From assembly GCA_028534125.1 (NCBI GenBank), contig CM052816.1:93994001-94058000 (forward strand): 64,000 nt of DNA, written 5' to 3'. How positions within the stretch are numbered: position 1 is the first letter of the stretch; each line of letters starts with the position of its first letter. Source of the stretch: Lama glama. Its lineage: Eukaryota. The position numbers and the translations under genes are program-made. The notes beneath the pieces were generated by a model, which saw nothing but the letters and a program-made list of their open reading frames with translations, did no database searches and was not told where the DNA came from. Shown here piece by piece: positions 1 through 11,920 of this stretch.

Positions 1-859
1 GGAAGACAACTCAAATGTTTAAAATATTAGCCAAATAAATTTAATTATGGAGCACAATTTATCACTAAATTTTGTTTATGAGGAATAGTTAATAAATGGG
101 AACTGCTTACTGCATAATATTAAATTTGAAAGGCTCAAGAGACCAGATTATTCAGTAATAGGCTAATTTTGTTAAAGCAAATGCATGCAGAGAAAAAGAC
201 ACAAAGAACTTTTGTCTACAATGAAACTATGACTGGATTTCCTGTTAATTTTTAATATTTTTCAGCATGACTCATCATTTCTATAATTAGCTTAAAAATT
301 GGATACAGAGGTTGTTTCCTTTTACAGGAGCTGAAAAAAAAAAGTCATCCCTTGGCTTTAATTTTTTCCCCAGGAATCACCACATGAAAGCACATCTCTT
401 TGTGTCTTTTCTATGGTCAAGTGTATGAAGGATGGTTTAATTCCAGAAAAGTTTGATTAGGTTTATGTGCCAGTAGTACCAGTTCCCATTAGCCAGATTG
501 ACAATTACCAAGACATTCTTGAAATACAATAAAAATGCTCCTTAAGGTCACAGTTGAAGATTTTGCTGTTAAAACCATTTATGTTCAATATATTTTGGGC
601 TACATCATCATTCATACACAATACTTGTTTTCATTAATATCAGCACATTTTACACTTCATACAGACTAGTTCTGCATCTTGGAGAAGTTAAATGGATATA
701 CTTTCAAAGTTGTATAAGTTTGAAATGTTAAATCAAGAATTCAAATAGACGCTTTTTCCAGGGACACAACATCAACTTCATAGTGACCAAAATGAAGAGA
801 AGTTTGTATTTCAGAGAAAACTTTAAAAATATATATATATAGTAGACAGAATAAAACAA

Positions 860-1210
860 GAAAGAGAGGGAACACTGAAAATGGCTATAAGGTTTCTAGT
901 CAAACAGATTCAAAGGATGATGAAGAGGCTCTGTGGAAGAAATGGTGTAAAAACTTTGAATTGCTGGTGACCTTGTGACTTGCAGACAGTGTGGATTTCT
1001 GAGCACATAAATAAAATTTTAATGAATAAAGTAGTGCCCAAACTGAAGGGAAAGATGGGGAACGAAAAATAGCCATAGGAAACTCTGTGATTATATGCAA
1101 CCAAGGCTAGAATGCTGTAAACAGCAGAGAAGAAGTTCTGAACACTGGAGAATCAAGAGCAGCAAAAGAAGAGTCAGAAAAAACACATCTTCTTGGGGCT
1201 AGAATGCTCA
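860..1210 (-). mobile_element. Probable highly degraded L2 LINE fragment
   Basis: Purine-rich tract with L2-antisense-like motifs (aaggtttctagt...ggatgatg, aaggctagaatg); weak similarity only. Confidence 0.3.
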
Positions 1211-1844
1211 GGTAACATAACAAAGGGTGGAAATGCAAACGCTGATTAATTAATAAATTATATGCTGCTCTATCTTGAGAGGTAATTCAGTATTTTCCTT
1301 TGCCTCCTTATCAACAGGAAAATATTCATTATTAGAACACAATTTTATGACATAGATAAGGAGAGAAAATAAAAGAGAATAATTCTCTTTGAAATGTATG
1401 GTTTGTTATCCTACATAATATGATAAAAAGAAACCTACAAAATAGACTGTTAAATCCTTCAGTTCTTTCTGGAGTGAAGTCATTAGCTTGAATTGTCACC
1501 CAATTAAGTTCTGTTTTTTTAAATATCACCAGTTGATTTTTTTTTATTCCCATTGATATATTTGACATAATATGTATTTGACACTGTTCTCTGATGCTTT
1601 AATGTTCCATCACTCTAATGAGTTTAAATGATTTTATTTGAAATGAGAGAGGCTTTGGTTAGCAGGACCCTCTGTTGGTGTTAAAATCAATAGTAAATAT
1701 CTTTTTTTTTTAATAATCTGTCATAAAAATAAGTGTGGCTCATCCAGAGACTGGCTTGATAAGGATTCTCTGGTCTACATTCTCTCCACTACTTTTTAAA
1801 CCCACCTTTCAGTAGATTGTTCAAGATTTTGAGCATTCTTTAAT

Positions 1845-2195
1845 ATTTTACTAGGAAACTTTAAAGTGTACAGAAAAGTTACAATAGATTTATAATAAAC
1901 ACTTATATACACAGCATGCAAATTCTACAGATAACATTCTACTGCATTTGTTTTATTACATATATATATTATATTCATCCATGTGCCATTTTGTCAGTCC
2001 ATCAATTATCCTAATTTTTCAATGAATTACACAATAAATACGAGAAATTCACTTACCTTTAACAACTCTAACATACTTATTATCAACTAGAGTTCAATGT
2101 TTATTTGGAATTTTTGTCTTTATGTAAAATTTACATGAAATGAAATGTCCACATCTTGAGTGTCCAGTCATTGTATTTTGACAAATGCATACAAA
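1845..2195 (-). mobile_element. Old L1 (L1MC/L1MD-like) 3' UTR fragment
   Basis: aaaatttacatgaaatgaaatgtccacatcttgagtgtccagtc...ttttgacaaatgcataca resembles the antisense 3' end of L1MC/MD. Confidence 0.65.
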
Positions 2196-2199
2196 TGCA

Positions 2200-2615
2200 T
2201 AGAAAATTGTCAATATGAAATGAAAAAGAAAAACAGAATGTAGAAAAAATAAAAAAGAAACAGAACTGCCAAGAACTGTGGGACAATTTCAAAATGTGTA
2301 ACATATGCATAATTGGAACTCCAGAACTAGTAGACAGAGATAACGGAGTATAAGAAATATTTTAATTAATAGTGGTTGAGGAATTTCCAAAATTAATGAC
2401 AGTCACCAAACCATGAATCCAGGAAGCACAGAGAATGGTAAGTGGGGTGTGGGGTGGGGGGACTACACTTAAGCATATCATATTCAAACTGCAGGACATG
2501 AGAGACAAAGAAAAAAAGCATGAGATAATTCAAAGGAGGGAGAGGAGAAAACAAGATATGTATAGAGGAACAAGCATAAGAAATTCAGTGGGTCTTCTGT
2601 CAGAACCACATGATC
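2200..2615 (+). mobile_element. L1 ORF1 fragment (degraded)
   Basis: Translates to QELWDNFKMCNICIIGTPE, EEFPKLMTVTKP, HIIFKLQDMRDKEK and YRGTSIR, all L1 ORF1p motifs. Confidence 0.85.
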
Positions 2616-3465
2616 AAAAGAAATTGACTAAAAGAGTAGATTTCAGGTGTTCTCAACATAAATCATGTTTTTTCTTCTTTTAACTGTTAATACAATCGTT
2701 TATATTGATTGATCTCTGAAAACTGAACTAGCTTTCCATTCCTAGAATAAACCCCATTTAGTTTATTTTCATCTCTTAGTATCTTTCAGATATATTAACA
2801 GTATTTCCCTTTTAATAATCCTTTCAAATGAAGAAAGGAATCATTTCCTTAATTAAGTCGAGTTTTTGGCTAATTTCTAAAATGTAAATCAAGATGCCAA
2901 TCCTGCCTGAAATATAGTTTAGATCCTTATTCCCTTATCAATATTTCACAGGCAATTATTTCTTGTAATTTGGTCTCCTAAGGTTTCATTAAGATGTAAC
3001 ATTTATTGCTTAAAAGCATTCAATAACACATCTGCGACTGGCTTAAAGCCATTCTTTTACTTTCTCTGCCATGTAACATGTATAAATGACACAGACCTCT
3101 TTAAATCAATGCTTGCTGTACTTTTGTTTTCCTCTCAATTAATAGTCGTTAGAGTTTATCAAAATAAAAGAACCATTTCATGCTCGAAACTCAATGCTAC
3201 CATCAGAACTCATATATCTAAATAATAATGCTTGACAAATACACATCTTATAATCATTGAAATAATTTATACATAAGATTTTATTAAGCATAAATAAAAT
3301 TTCAAATTTAGCACATTGAATACAGTCACTTTGCTAAGAGCAAGCAGAAATAAAGTATTTTTGTGAAATTTTAAGCAGTGTAACTAAAATATTGCTGTTA
3401 GTTAACTGTGTAATAACCTGAAATACAGGAAAAATGCATTTAAGCTATCATTTGCACTTAAGGAT

Positions 3466-3568
3466 TTTTTTAATTGAAATATAGTTGAATTACAATGTTG
3501 CAATACTTTCAGGTGTATAGCAAAGTGATTCAGTTATATATATATATATTATTTTTCAGATTCTTTTA
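3466..3568 (-). mobile_element. 5'-truncated cetartiodactyl-type L1 3' end
   Basis: ttgaaatatagttgaattacaatgttg...tttcaggtgtatagcaaagtgattcagttatatat preceded by a T-run (antisense poly-A). Confidence 0.8.
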
Positions 3569-4603
3569 AGGATTTTGTCTATAGGACTGATAGGAGAAAA
3601 ATGATTAATTTTTAGGGACTTATTGAAAGTGTTTACTGTTAAATTTGACTATTTTTTCATATGTAATTTATATTTGTATGTTTTATTTACAATTATTGTT
3701 TAAATACTAATTTAAACTATACTCATTTTCTTAATATTATTATTACTGTAAGTAATAATGTCTTTTTTCTCCATACTTCTTGACAAAATCAATGCTTTAA
3801 ATAATTAATATCCCTCTTTTTTGCCAAATATGAAGTAGGGCTCATTAAAATTTTGTAGAATATTTGATGATATGAAAATCAACTAAAATAGATATATAAC
3901 AGTTAGACATAGTTAATGTGTTAGAAACAAAAACTTTCCATCTATTATGACTTGGGATATTTAAGAAAACTCCATATTAAAATTCAATGACTTTCAGTTG
4001 ATGAAGAAGCTGAAGCAAGAAGAAAAGTACCCTAAGGAAATTATTAGAATCAGTCAGGAAATTTTTAACACATCTCTTTTGACCCATACATGATTATACT
4101 TTACAGCCCATAATGTCGGTAATAAGGATCACAATACACAATAAATATAACACAAATATAAAACAAAGCACATCTGGACATTTTATCCCATCATGGGTCA
4201 CTGTTGTTGATTATCCTCATTTTCAAAGTAGGAAAATGATTTCACAAGAAGAAAGACTTGATGAAAAGCTTTGAATAACTGATTATCAATTATCTTTTTC
4301 TTTATCAGAGCTTCCTCATCTGTAAAATGAGCACTAAAATAAATAGCTGAGAGAGCTCTATTAAAAATGGTATTTTACTGTATTGCTCCTTTGATTTCCA
4401 GATTTATCACATAAAGTTTTAAAGTTAAAAAGAAGAAATGTTAAAAATCTTATATGAAACTTTTATAACGTGATAATTAAGTATGACCAGCTTATAATGT
4501 TTATACTTAGTATTATTTCAGTAACAGAGTTGGTACCTAGGAAGATGTATTTTGGAATTGGATGTATTGCTATGATGCAGCAAAAAGAACTCTTACTGTT
4601 AGT

Positions 4604-4877
4604 TGTGATGTTAACCATATCATTATGGTTGGCCATGATATCCAAATATTTGGTCAAATACCATTTCAGATGTCTCTGTAAAGTATTTTTAAGTGAAGTT
4701 AAACATTTAAATTAGTGGACTTTGAGTAAAGCAGATTACTCCTCATAAAGTGGGTGGGCCTCATCCAATCAGTTGAAGGCCTTAAGAGAAAAAGACTGAA
4801 ATCTCCAGGGGAGGAAAGAATTATTCCTCCAGACTGTCTTGTGACTCAAGCTGAAACTTCAGCTCTTCTCTGGATCC
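4604..4877 (+). mobile_element. MLT2 (ERVL LTR), 5' part
   Basis: aacatttaaattagtggactttgagtaaagcagatt...gtgggtgggcctcatccaatcagttgaaggccttaagagaaaaagactga is diagnostic of MLT2. Confidence 0.85.
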
Positions 4878-4879
4878 AC

Positions 4880-5118
4880 AGATGGTGGTGATATCCCCTG
4901 GTTTGCTATAGCATGCAGTTAACCCAATTCTCAACTACGGTCACGTGGGATGTAGTAGATGTGCTGGTTTATGCAGTATCTCCAAAAGGACAGTGCTAAT
5001 TTTCAGGACTATCATATTGATTTGTTGCTGCTCAGTGCCTCTGAAATGCTAATGGAAGAAAATAATGGTGTTGGTCAAACTATAAATTCAGAGTATATTA
5101 TGAAAACCAGAAAATCTC
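4880..5118 (+). mobile_element. ERVL internal (gag-region) remnant
   Basis: Weak resemblance to ERVL-int; collinear with further ERVL-int pieces downstream. Confidence 0.4.
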
Positions 5119-5461
5119 TGTATTCCTTTTCTAAGTAATACTTTCCTAAGTACCACAAACTGGATGGCTTAAAAATGATAGAAATTAATTCTCTCACTAT
5201 TCTAGATGTTTTAAGTCAGAAATTATGGTGTTGCCAGGGCCATACTCTGAAAACTCCAGAAGGATCTTGCCATGACTTCTCCTAGATTCTCTGGTTTTCT
5301 CTTCATATAAGGATACAAGTTATTAAATTAGGACCCACTGTAATCCAGTATTACTTCATCTTAACTAACTATATCTACAAAGACACTATTTCCAAAATTT
5401 GGTCACATCCTTAGGTTCCAGGTGGACACGAATTTTGGAGAGACAGTATTCAATTCAGTAG
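5119..5461 (-). mobile_element. MLT1B/C-type MaLR solo LTR
   Basis: taccacaaactggatggcttaaaa...gaaattaattctctcac...ttcatcttaactaact...ggtggacacgaattttgg...ttcaattcagta. Confidence 0.85.
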
Positions 5462-5599
5462 AGTTATTATGGACAATATTAAAAGAACCCCATCTTTTAT
5501 ATTTAGAAGAGTAACTATAGTGGAAATCAATTTCAAGGTTGCAATTTGAGGGAGGGAAATTACAAAGAAAGCTGAATTCTCACCCCTGGCAAGGCTCTT

Positions 5600-6841
5600 T
5601 GTGGTAGACAGAATTCTAAAATGGCTCCACTCCTCGTTTGCACACACCTGCTTCCAGATATTCAAACATCAATCTAGGTACTGCTATAAAGACATTTTAC
5701 ATATGTGTTTAATGTTCTAAGTAAGTTGACCTCGAAAAGGAGATTATTCTTGGTGAGTCTGGATTAATCAGGTGATCCGTTAATAAGACAATATCTCCTA
5801 AATAAGACAAAAGCTATTTAAAACATGAGAGATATTCAACACAAGGGAGGTTGGCTATTGTTGTCTTTGAAGATAGAAGGTCCTTGCAGCAAAGGATGTG
5901 GCCAGTCTCTTTGAGCTGAGCTCTGTCAGCAGGTGCCATCCAGCAAGGAACTAATATCTCATGTCACAATGTCAAGGAACTGAATCCCGCCACAGTCTCA
6001 TGTGCCTATGTTAGAGCAGGCAGATAGCTAGATATGAGCAGAGAAAGGGGGATGCAGACCAGATGGCAGGAATTGGGCAGAAAGGAGGAGCACAGACCAA
6101 ATACCGGAAACCCTACATCATGTAAGCACAAGCTCCCTGGGTAGAGAAAGAAAAGCAGGAAACTTTGGGTTGATAAGTGGTCACACCTTTTGGGGTGATG
6201 AGTGGCCTGGAGACTGACAAAGAAAGGTGAAAAAAGGCAGGAATTTCCAATGTCTGAATGTAACCTTTTGCTCATTATGCCCTCATTTCAATGAAATTAG
6301 CTTTGCAGATTAGAAGTACCCATCATGCACTAACACCATGACACTTCTGATCGAGACCTGGATCCCCTCCTCCCTTTGGGAAGGTGGAGTTGGGATGATA
6401 ATCAGGGTATGTGACCCCAAATCCTTCCCTCCCCAGTGAATAGTCCGTCCATTCATTTTTAAACCATCCGTTGCTAACTTGCCAAAGAAGCACCGGGCAG
6501 CCGCTCCCCTGAGCCCACTCTCCCCTTGAGAGTGTACTATCCATCCTTTAATAAATTCCCACTTTACTTTTTTTAATCTCTAAGTCTTGTCTCTGAATTC
6601 TTCCTGGGATGGGACAAGAACCTGGAACACCGGTTGTGTCCACAAGCAACAGCTAGAAGAGGAAGCTAATCTTCAGATGATAACATGGCCTAGTCAGCAC
6701 CTTGAACTTAACCTTGAGAAAACCTAAGCAGAGAATGCAGTCAGGTCTGCCCAGATTTCTGACCTCTAGAGTTCATGAATGGATGTTGTTTTCAGCTGAC
6801 CAACTTGTGGTCTTGTTTGCAGCAATAAAAAAATAATACCA
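5600..6841 (+). mobile_element. MLT1E/F-type MaLR LTR interrupted by an LTR at 6009-6651
   Basis: Starts tgtggtagacagaattctaaaatggc; caaggaactgaat; resumes with ccagatttctgacctc and ends gcagcaataaaaaaataatacca. Confidence 0.8.
6009..6651 (+). mobile_element. ERV1-like solo LTR (643 bp)
   Basis: TGTT...AACA termini, AATAAA at about 6550, near-TSD ccta/gcta; splits MLT1. Confidence 0.8.
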
Positions 6842-6844
6842 TCT

Positions 6845-7085
6845 TACACTATAATTCTGGCTTTGACAAGGAAGTAGTGGGACCGAAACCCCTGGACATG
6901 CTTGAGAACACAGGGCCCCTAACTTCTGAAACTGTCCCCTCCATTTTGCTAGTGGATATCAGATTCCTGCTTCTCTGAAGACGATGAAAAGGCCTATTCT
7001 CAAGTGAATGCTTTGAAAGATGACATACCATGATATTTTTAAGAATGAAATAGATCGATAGACAAGGATGTGGTTTGACCCATAT
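6845..7085 (+). mobile_element. ERVL internal (gag-region) remnant
   Basis: cacagggcccctaacttctgaaactgtcccctccattttgctagtgga resembles an ERVL-int gag segment. Confidence 0.5.
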
Positions 7086-8094
7086 TGTTACCAAAGAGAA
7101 TTTCATGTGCCCGACACACAGTGAGGCCAAACAAAACGAAAAGTCAGAGTTTGGAGCAGAGAAAGGTGTATTGCAGGGCTGAGCAAGGAGGATGAGCGGC
7201 TCGTGTATGAAAATTCCCAACTGCTCGATGGTTTTTGGAGAGATTTGTGAATGAAAAATACTGCAAACCATGTAAGTAAACAAAGAATGCTGAAGCCATC
7301 AAGTCATCTCTGCCCACCCCCCCCTCCCCCCCGGGAGGACAGGCCTGCAGCCCAGCCTCTGCAGCCACTCACAATGGTGCACCCTGAGGGGACTCGGAAT
7401 AAGAAAGGACAGGACACTGGCCCTAGATGGCTAGGTGCTTGTCAAAGGAAAGAATTCAATGAGCCCAAATGTTTGCTCCCTCCCATACATAGAAAAGCAC
7501 TAAATTCTTTAACTTGATACCAGGTTTTCTTCAGATAACAAGAAACCTTTTATTATTCCAACTACCTGGTCTTTGTTGTAAAGCTCTTATATATCCTAGC
7601 CCCTCCCTTACCTCAGAGCAATCTGAAAGGCTGTCATCCCAGCTTGAGTCCTCAGCCAAATAAAACATAGCCCTCAAATTTTAGGCTGCGCATTTATTTC
7701 AGTGGACAGTTTCATAGGCAAAACTTGGGATGAGGGTGGCAGGCTATGTGACTTTCTTCTAATTAGTTGGTAGTGAGGTAACGGGGCAGTGTTCCAGGAA
7801 TCTTGTGCTCAGTCTGAAGTTGCTATCCTCCATATTGGTGGGAGAAGAAGTTCCAGCAGAGGAAATCAAAGGTATTATTATGTACATTCCTCGAGGAGGA
7901 ACCAGGACCCTGCCCCAAGGCTGCACTATTGTTTCCGCAGCCCCTCCCTTCCCTGATTAACACCTGTTTGAATCTGCCCTTTGGAACTCAAGGAAGGTCA
8001 AGGAGGCTAACTGAAGCCTATTTCCTACAAAAGAGAAATGGGGGATAGAAAGGACTTGTACCAGGAGGACCCCAGAGGGTCCTGCTCCATTTCA
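7086..8094 (-). mobile_element. ERV1-like solo LTR (MER31/MER34-like), interrupted at 7246-7708
   Basis: TG...CA termini; gtgaggccaaac...gagtttggagcagagaaagg...ttgcagggc; flanks atat/acgt are compatible with a CpG-decayed 4-bp TSD. Confidence 0.75.
7246..7708 (+). mobile_element. ERV1-like solo LTR, copy A
   Basis: TGTGAA...GACA termini, TATA-like tatatat and AATAAA, flanks gatt/gttt; highly similar to 8690-9154. Confidence 0.85.
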
Positions 8095-8099
8095 ACGTT

Positions 8100-8689
8100 A
8101 TCCAGAATGACCAAGATCAGAGAGCTAAAGCCATGACAAACTGCAGCTCTTTGCATTATTCAGAAGCTGCCATTCTCACAAAGCATTGGAAGAGCCTTTT
8201 AAAAGGTTATTTAGGGAGTCAGCTTAGGGGAATAGGCTATAGGATTGTGGTGCTGTCTTTTAAGTAATTGTATATACTTTTCCAGTGGCATTGTGTAATG
8301 CTATGTCCCAAATAGGTAGAATATATGACCATGGGAACCAAGGCATGGATGGAAGTACAAATGATTTCTCTCATTGTTAATCTAGTGATCCACTGGGGGA
8401 ATTTGTGCCTCCAGTCTCTGTAATTTTAGTCTCTTAGGCATTTCTGTCCCTAAGTGAGAGATGCTTCTATGAGGAAACTGAAGAGTGGATCCTCTCAGTG
8501 TAAAACTACAGTTAACTGCCTGGTAAATTTTGGTTCCTCATGCTGGTAAGCCAAACAAAGAGGGAATTAATATACTTGAAGAAATAACAGATCATGATCA
8601 TCATAAGGTGACAGACACGCTGCTGATAGTGAGGAAAAAGAGGAATGTGTCTGGAACTCAAGAACTTCTTGGATATTGCATTGCTGGTA
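8100..8689 (+). mobile_element. ERVL internal: degraded integrase C-terminus and dUTPase region
   Basis: gggaaccaagg...ctagtgatccactgggggaatttgtgcctccagt...actgcctggtaaattttggttcctcatgc...tgtctggaactc matches the ERVL pol 3' region; continues at 9159-9264 and 9798-9900. Confidence 0.75.
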
Positions 8690-9154
8690 TGTGAACAAAA
8701 AATACTGCGAACCATATTAGTAAACAAAGAATGCTAAAGCCATCAAGTCATCAGCAGCTGCCGCCACCCCCCAGTGAGGACAGGCCTGCAGCCCAGCCTC
8801 TGCAGCCACTCACAATGGTGCACCTTGAGGGGACTCAGGGTAAGAAAGGACAGGATACTGGCCCTAGATAGCTGGGTGCTTGTCAAAGGAATGATTTCAA
8901 TGAGCCCAAATGTTTGCTTCCTCCCATACATAGAAAAGCACTAAATTCTTTAACTTGAGATGCCTGGTTTTCCTTAGATAACAAGTAAGCTTTTATTGTT
9001 ACAGCTACTGGGTCTTTGTTGTAAAGCCCCTATATATCCTAGCTCCTCCCCCACCTCTTTGGAGCAGTTCCTCAGAGCGATCTGAGAGGCTGTCATCCCG
9101 GCTAAATAAAGCATAACTCTCAACTTTTAGGCTGGGCATTTATTTCAGTCAGCA
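8690..9154 (+). mobile_element. ERV1-like solo LTR, copy B
   Basis: TG...CA termini with perfect 4-bp TSD GGTA (8686-8689 and 9155-9158); TATA-like motif and AATAAA. Confidence 0.9.
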
Positions 9155-9264
9155 GGTAAAAAATGTAAATGAGGGATTTCAACAACTGCGGCCGGACAAG
9201 GGCAACATCAATAGGATTCACAAGAAGAGCTGGGGTTACCATACTGGGCAAAGTCATGGGCCAG

Positions 9265-9797
9265 TGAGAGACAGGAGGGAAGGGGGCAGGCACAGCCATT
9301 AAAGGAATGACACAGCAATTAGCACCAAGATGGCGGAAGATTCATCTCCCAATAGACCTGGAGGCCCAAGATAGTGGGAGATTTGACCTCCAGTGGACCT
9401 TGAGCTATATTACACACATTGTAATATATTAGCGTGGTAAATGACACACCCACAGGTGCCATGACAGCTCCCAAGCTAACCATGAAAGGTCAAAAAGAGG
9501 GTGGTGGCCCAATTCCTGGGAGTCCCCACCCCTTCTCCCAAAGTAGTTGGAATAATCCTCTCACTTATTAGCATCTAAAAACAGTTGCTCTCTTTCTCCT
9601 GCCTTCTGAGGCAGCCTACACTCTGTCTATGGAGTGTCCACCTCTCTGAATAAATCTACTTTTAATCAACAATGGCTTACCCTTGAATTCTTTCCTGCAC
9701 AAAGCCAAGGACCCTTACTTGGCAGGGTGCATCCCAGAGACTCATCTGAGACCTGAGACAAGGCCATCCTCTTGTGCCCCCATATTCTCCTATATCG
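9265..9797 (+). mobile_element. ERV1-like solo LTR
   Basis: Starts tgagagacagg; AATAAA at about 9649 followed by a U5-like ttgaattctttcctgcacaaagccaaggaccc; interrupts ERVL-int; TSD ambiguous. Confidence 0.75.
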
Positions 9798-10208
9798 AGT
9801 GGAAGTGCTGGTCTTGGGTTAGGAGAATGTCAGATGGCTGGCGGAGGAATAAGTTGATGACAGCAATTGTGGCTGCAGGAGCCACTGCAGTGTGCAGGAC
9901 TGTGGCTTGTTCCCTTGCTCTTACCGTAGTGAGTCTTTGAATTTTACTCATATATAAGGAGTCACCAGCCATCGCTGGAAGAATCTTGACAGGATATAAC
10001 AAGCTGAATGTGGTACATGAGAACCTGAGTATTCTGAGAGATGCCTGGAAGCAGATACTGGCTTTACCAGCCCTAAAAAAGAATAAAAATTAGAAAACAT
10101 TGCAATAAAATGCACCACATGGAAGAAAGAAAGCCAAAATTAATAAACAACATAATCAATGCTGAAGGAAACTAATAATTAAGGAATCAGGAGCAAACTT
10201 TCAAATTA

Positions 10209-10692
10209 CAGCTCTTCTTCAACTTACAATGGGTTTACTTCCCAATAAACCCATAGTAAGTTAAAAATATCCTTAATTGAAATGCATTTAATACACCTAA
10301 CCTACTGAACATCATATCTTAGCCTTGTCTAGGTTAAATGTGCTCAGAACATTTATATTAGCCTATAGTACAAAATTATCTAATACAAAACCTATTTGAT
10401 AACAAAGTATTTAATACCACATATAATTTATTGAATATTATACTGAAAGTGAAAAACAGAATAGTCTTATCTGAGCAGAAAGGTTATAAGTGTATCAATT
10501 GTCTACCATGGGAATGGTGTGGCTCACTGCTGCTACCCAGCCTTACAAGAGAGTATCAGACCACACATCACAAGCCCAGGAGAAAAATCAAAATTTAAAA
10601 TTTGAAGTATGGTTTCTACCAAGGGTATTGCTTTTGCACCATCATGAAGTTGAAAAACTCTACATCAAATCACTGTAAATCGGGAACTGTCT
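10209..10692 (+). mobile_element. MER47/Tigger5-family non-autonomous DNA transposon (TcMar-Tigger)
   Basis: TA|cag..tcttcaacttacaatggg...gcatttaatacacctaacctactgaacatcat...gaagtatggtttctac...tcgggaactgtct with degenerate TIRs. Confidence 0.9.
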
Positions 10693-10754
10693 AGTTTTAA
10701 TTTATATTCAAAAAGATATGTGGAAAATTTTTATCTCCTTAAAAAAATAATAGG

Positions 10755-11920
10755 TTAAAGCTTCTGCACAGCAAAAGAAACAATCAACAAAATGAAAGGG
10801 CAACATATGGAATGGGAGACAATACTTGCAAACCACATACATAAGAAGGGGTTAATGTCCAAAATATATACAGAACTCATGCAATTCAATAGCAAGAAAA
10901 CAATTTGATTAAAAAATGGACAGAGGAAATGAATAAATGTTTTTCCAAAGAAGACATTCAGTCAGCTAACAGATACATGGAAAGATGCTCAACATCGCTA
11001 ATCATCAAGGAAATGCAAAATCAAAGCCACAATGAGATACCACCTCACCCCTGTTAGAATGGCCACCATAAGAAAGACAAGTAATAGAAATGTTGGCAAG
11101 AAGGTGGAGAAAGGGAAGCCTTGAGCACTGTTGGCAGGAAGACAAATTGGTGCGGTCACTATGGAAAACTGTATAGAGGTTTCCCAAAAAATTAAAAATA
11201 GAACTGCCATATAATCTAGCAATCCGACTTCTGGGTCTATATTCAAAGGAAATAAAACCAAGACATCAAAAAGATATCTGCACTCCCATGTTTATTGCAG
11301 CCTTGTTCACAGTAGTCAAGATATGGAAAGCACTAAGTTTCTGTCAACAGATAAATAGATAAAAAAGATTCAAGACTTGGATACACACACACAATGGAAT
11401 ATTATTCAGCCATGAGAAAGAAAGAAATCCTGCCATTGCAACAATATGGATGGACGTGGAGGACATTTTGCTAAGCGAGACAAAGCAGACAGAGAAAAAC
11501 CAATTATGTGTGATCTCATCTATAGGTGAAATCTAAAATGGGCAGACTCATAGAAACAGAAAATAGAATGGTGGTCACCAGAGGCAAAGGGTGAGGAAAC
11601 AGAGGAGATGTAGGTCAAAGGGTATAAATTTGAAGTTAGAAGATAAAAAATTTCTAGTGCTCTAATAACTGTGATTATAGTTAATAATATTGTATCATAT
11701 GCTTCAAAGTTGCTTAGAGACTAGATCTTAAATGCTTTCACCACAAAAAATGATAATTATGTGATGTGATAGATGTGGTAGCTAATGCTATGGCAGTAAC
11801 CATATTGCAATATAAATATATCAAACCAACAGGTTGTACACATTAAACTTACACACATGTCAGTTATATTTCAAAGAATACTTGACACCTAATAAGCTTT
11901 CAATATTTTTTTTTATTTTT
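10755..11920 (+). mobile_element. 5'-truncated L1MA-type LINE (ORF2 end and 3' UTR)
   Basis: aagcttctgcacagcaaaagaaacaatcaac...; typical L1MA 3' UTR; 10-bp TSD AAATAATAGG at 10745-10754 and 11921-11930. Confidence 0.9.

Noticed and set aside
6849..7283. 144-aa ORF
   Set aside because: Crosses three unrelated repeat fragments; chance frame
7246..9154. Single short provirus bounded by two LTRs
   Set aside because: Each LTR has its own TSD; the intervening DNA is the rest of an older LTR plus ERVL-int, with no PBS or PPT
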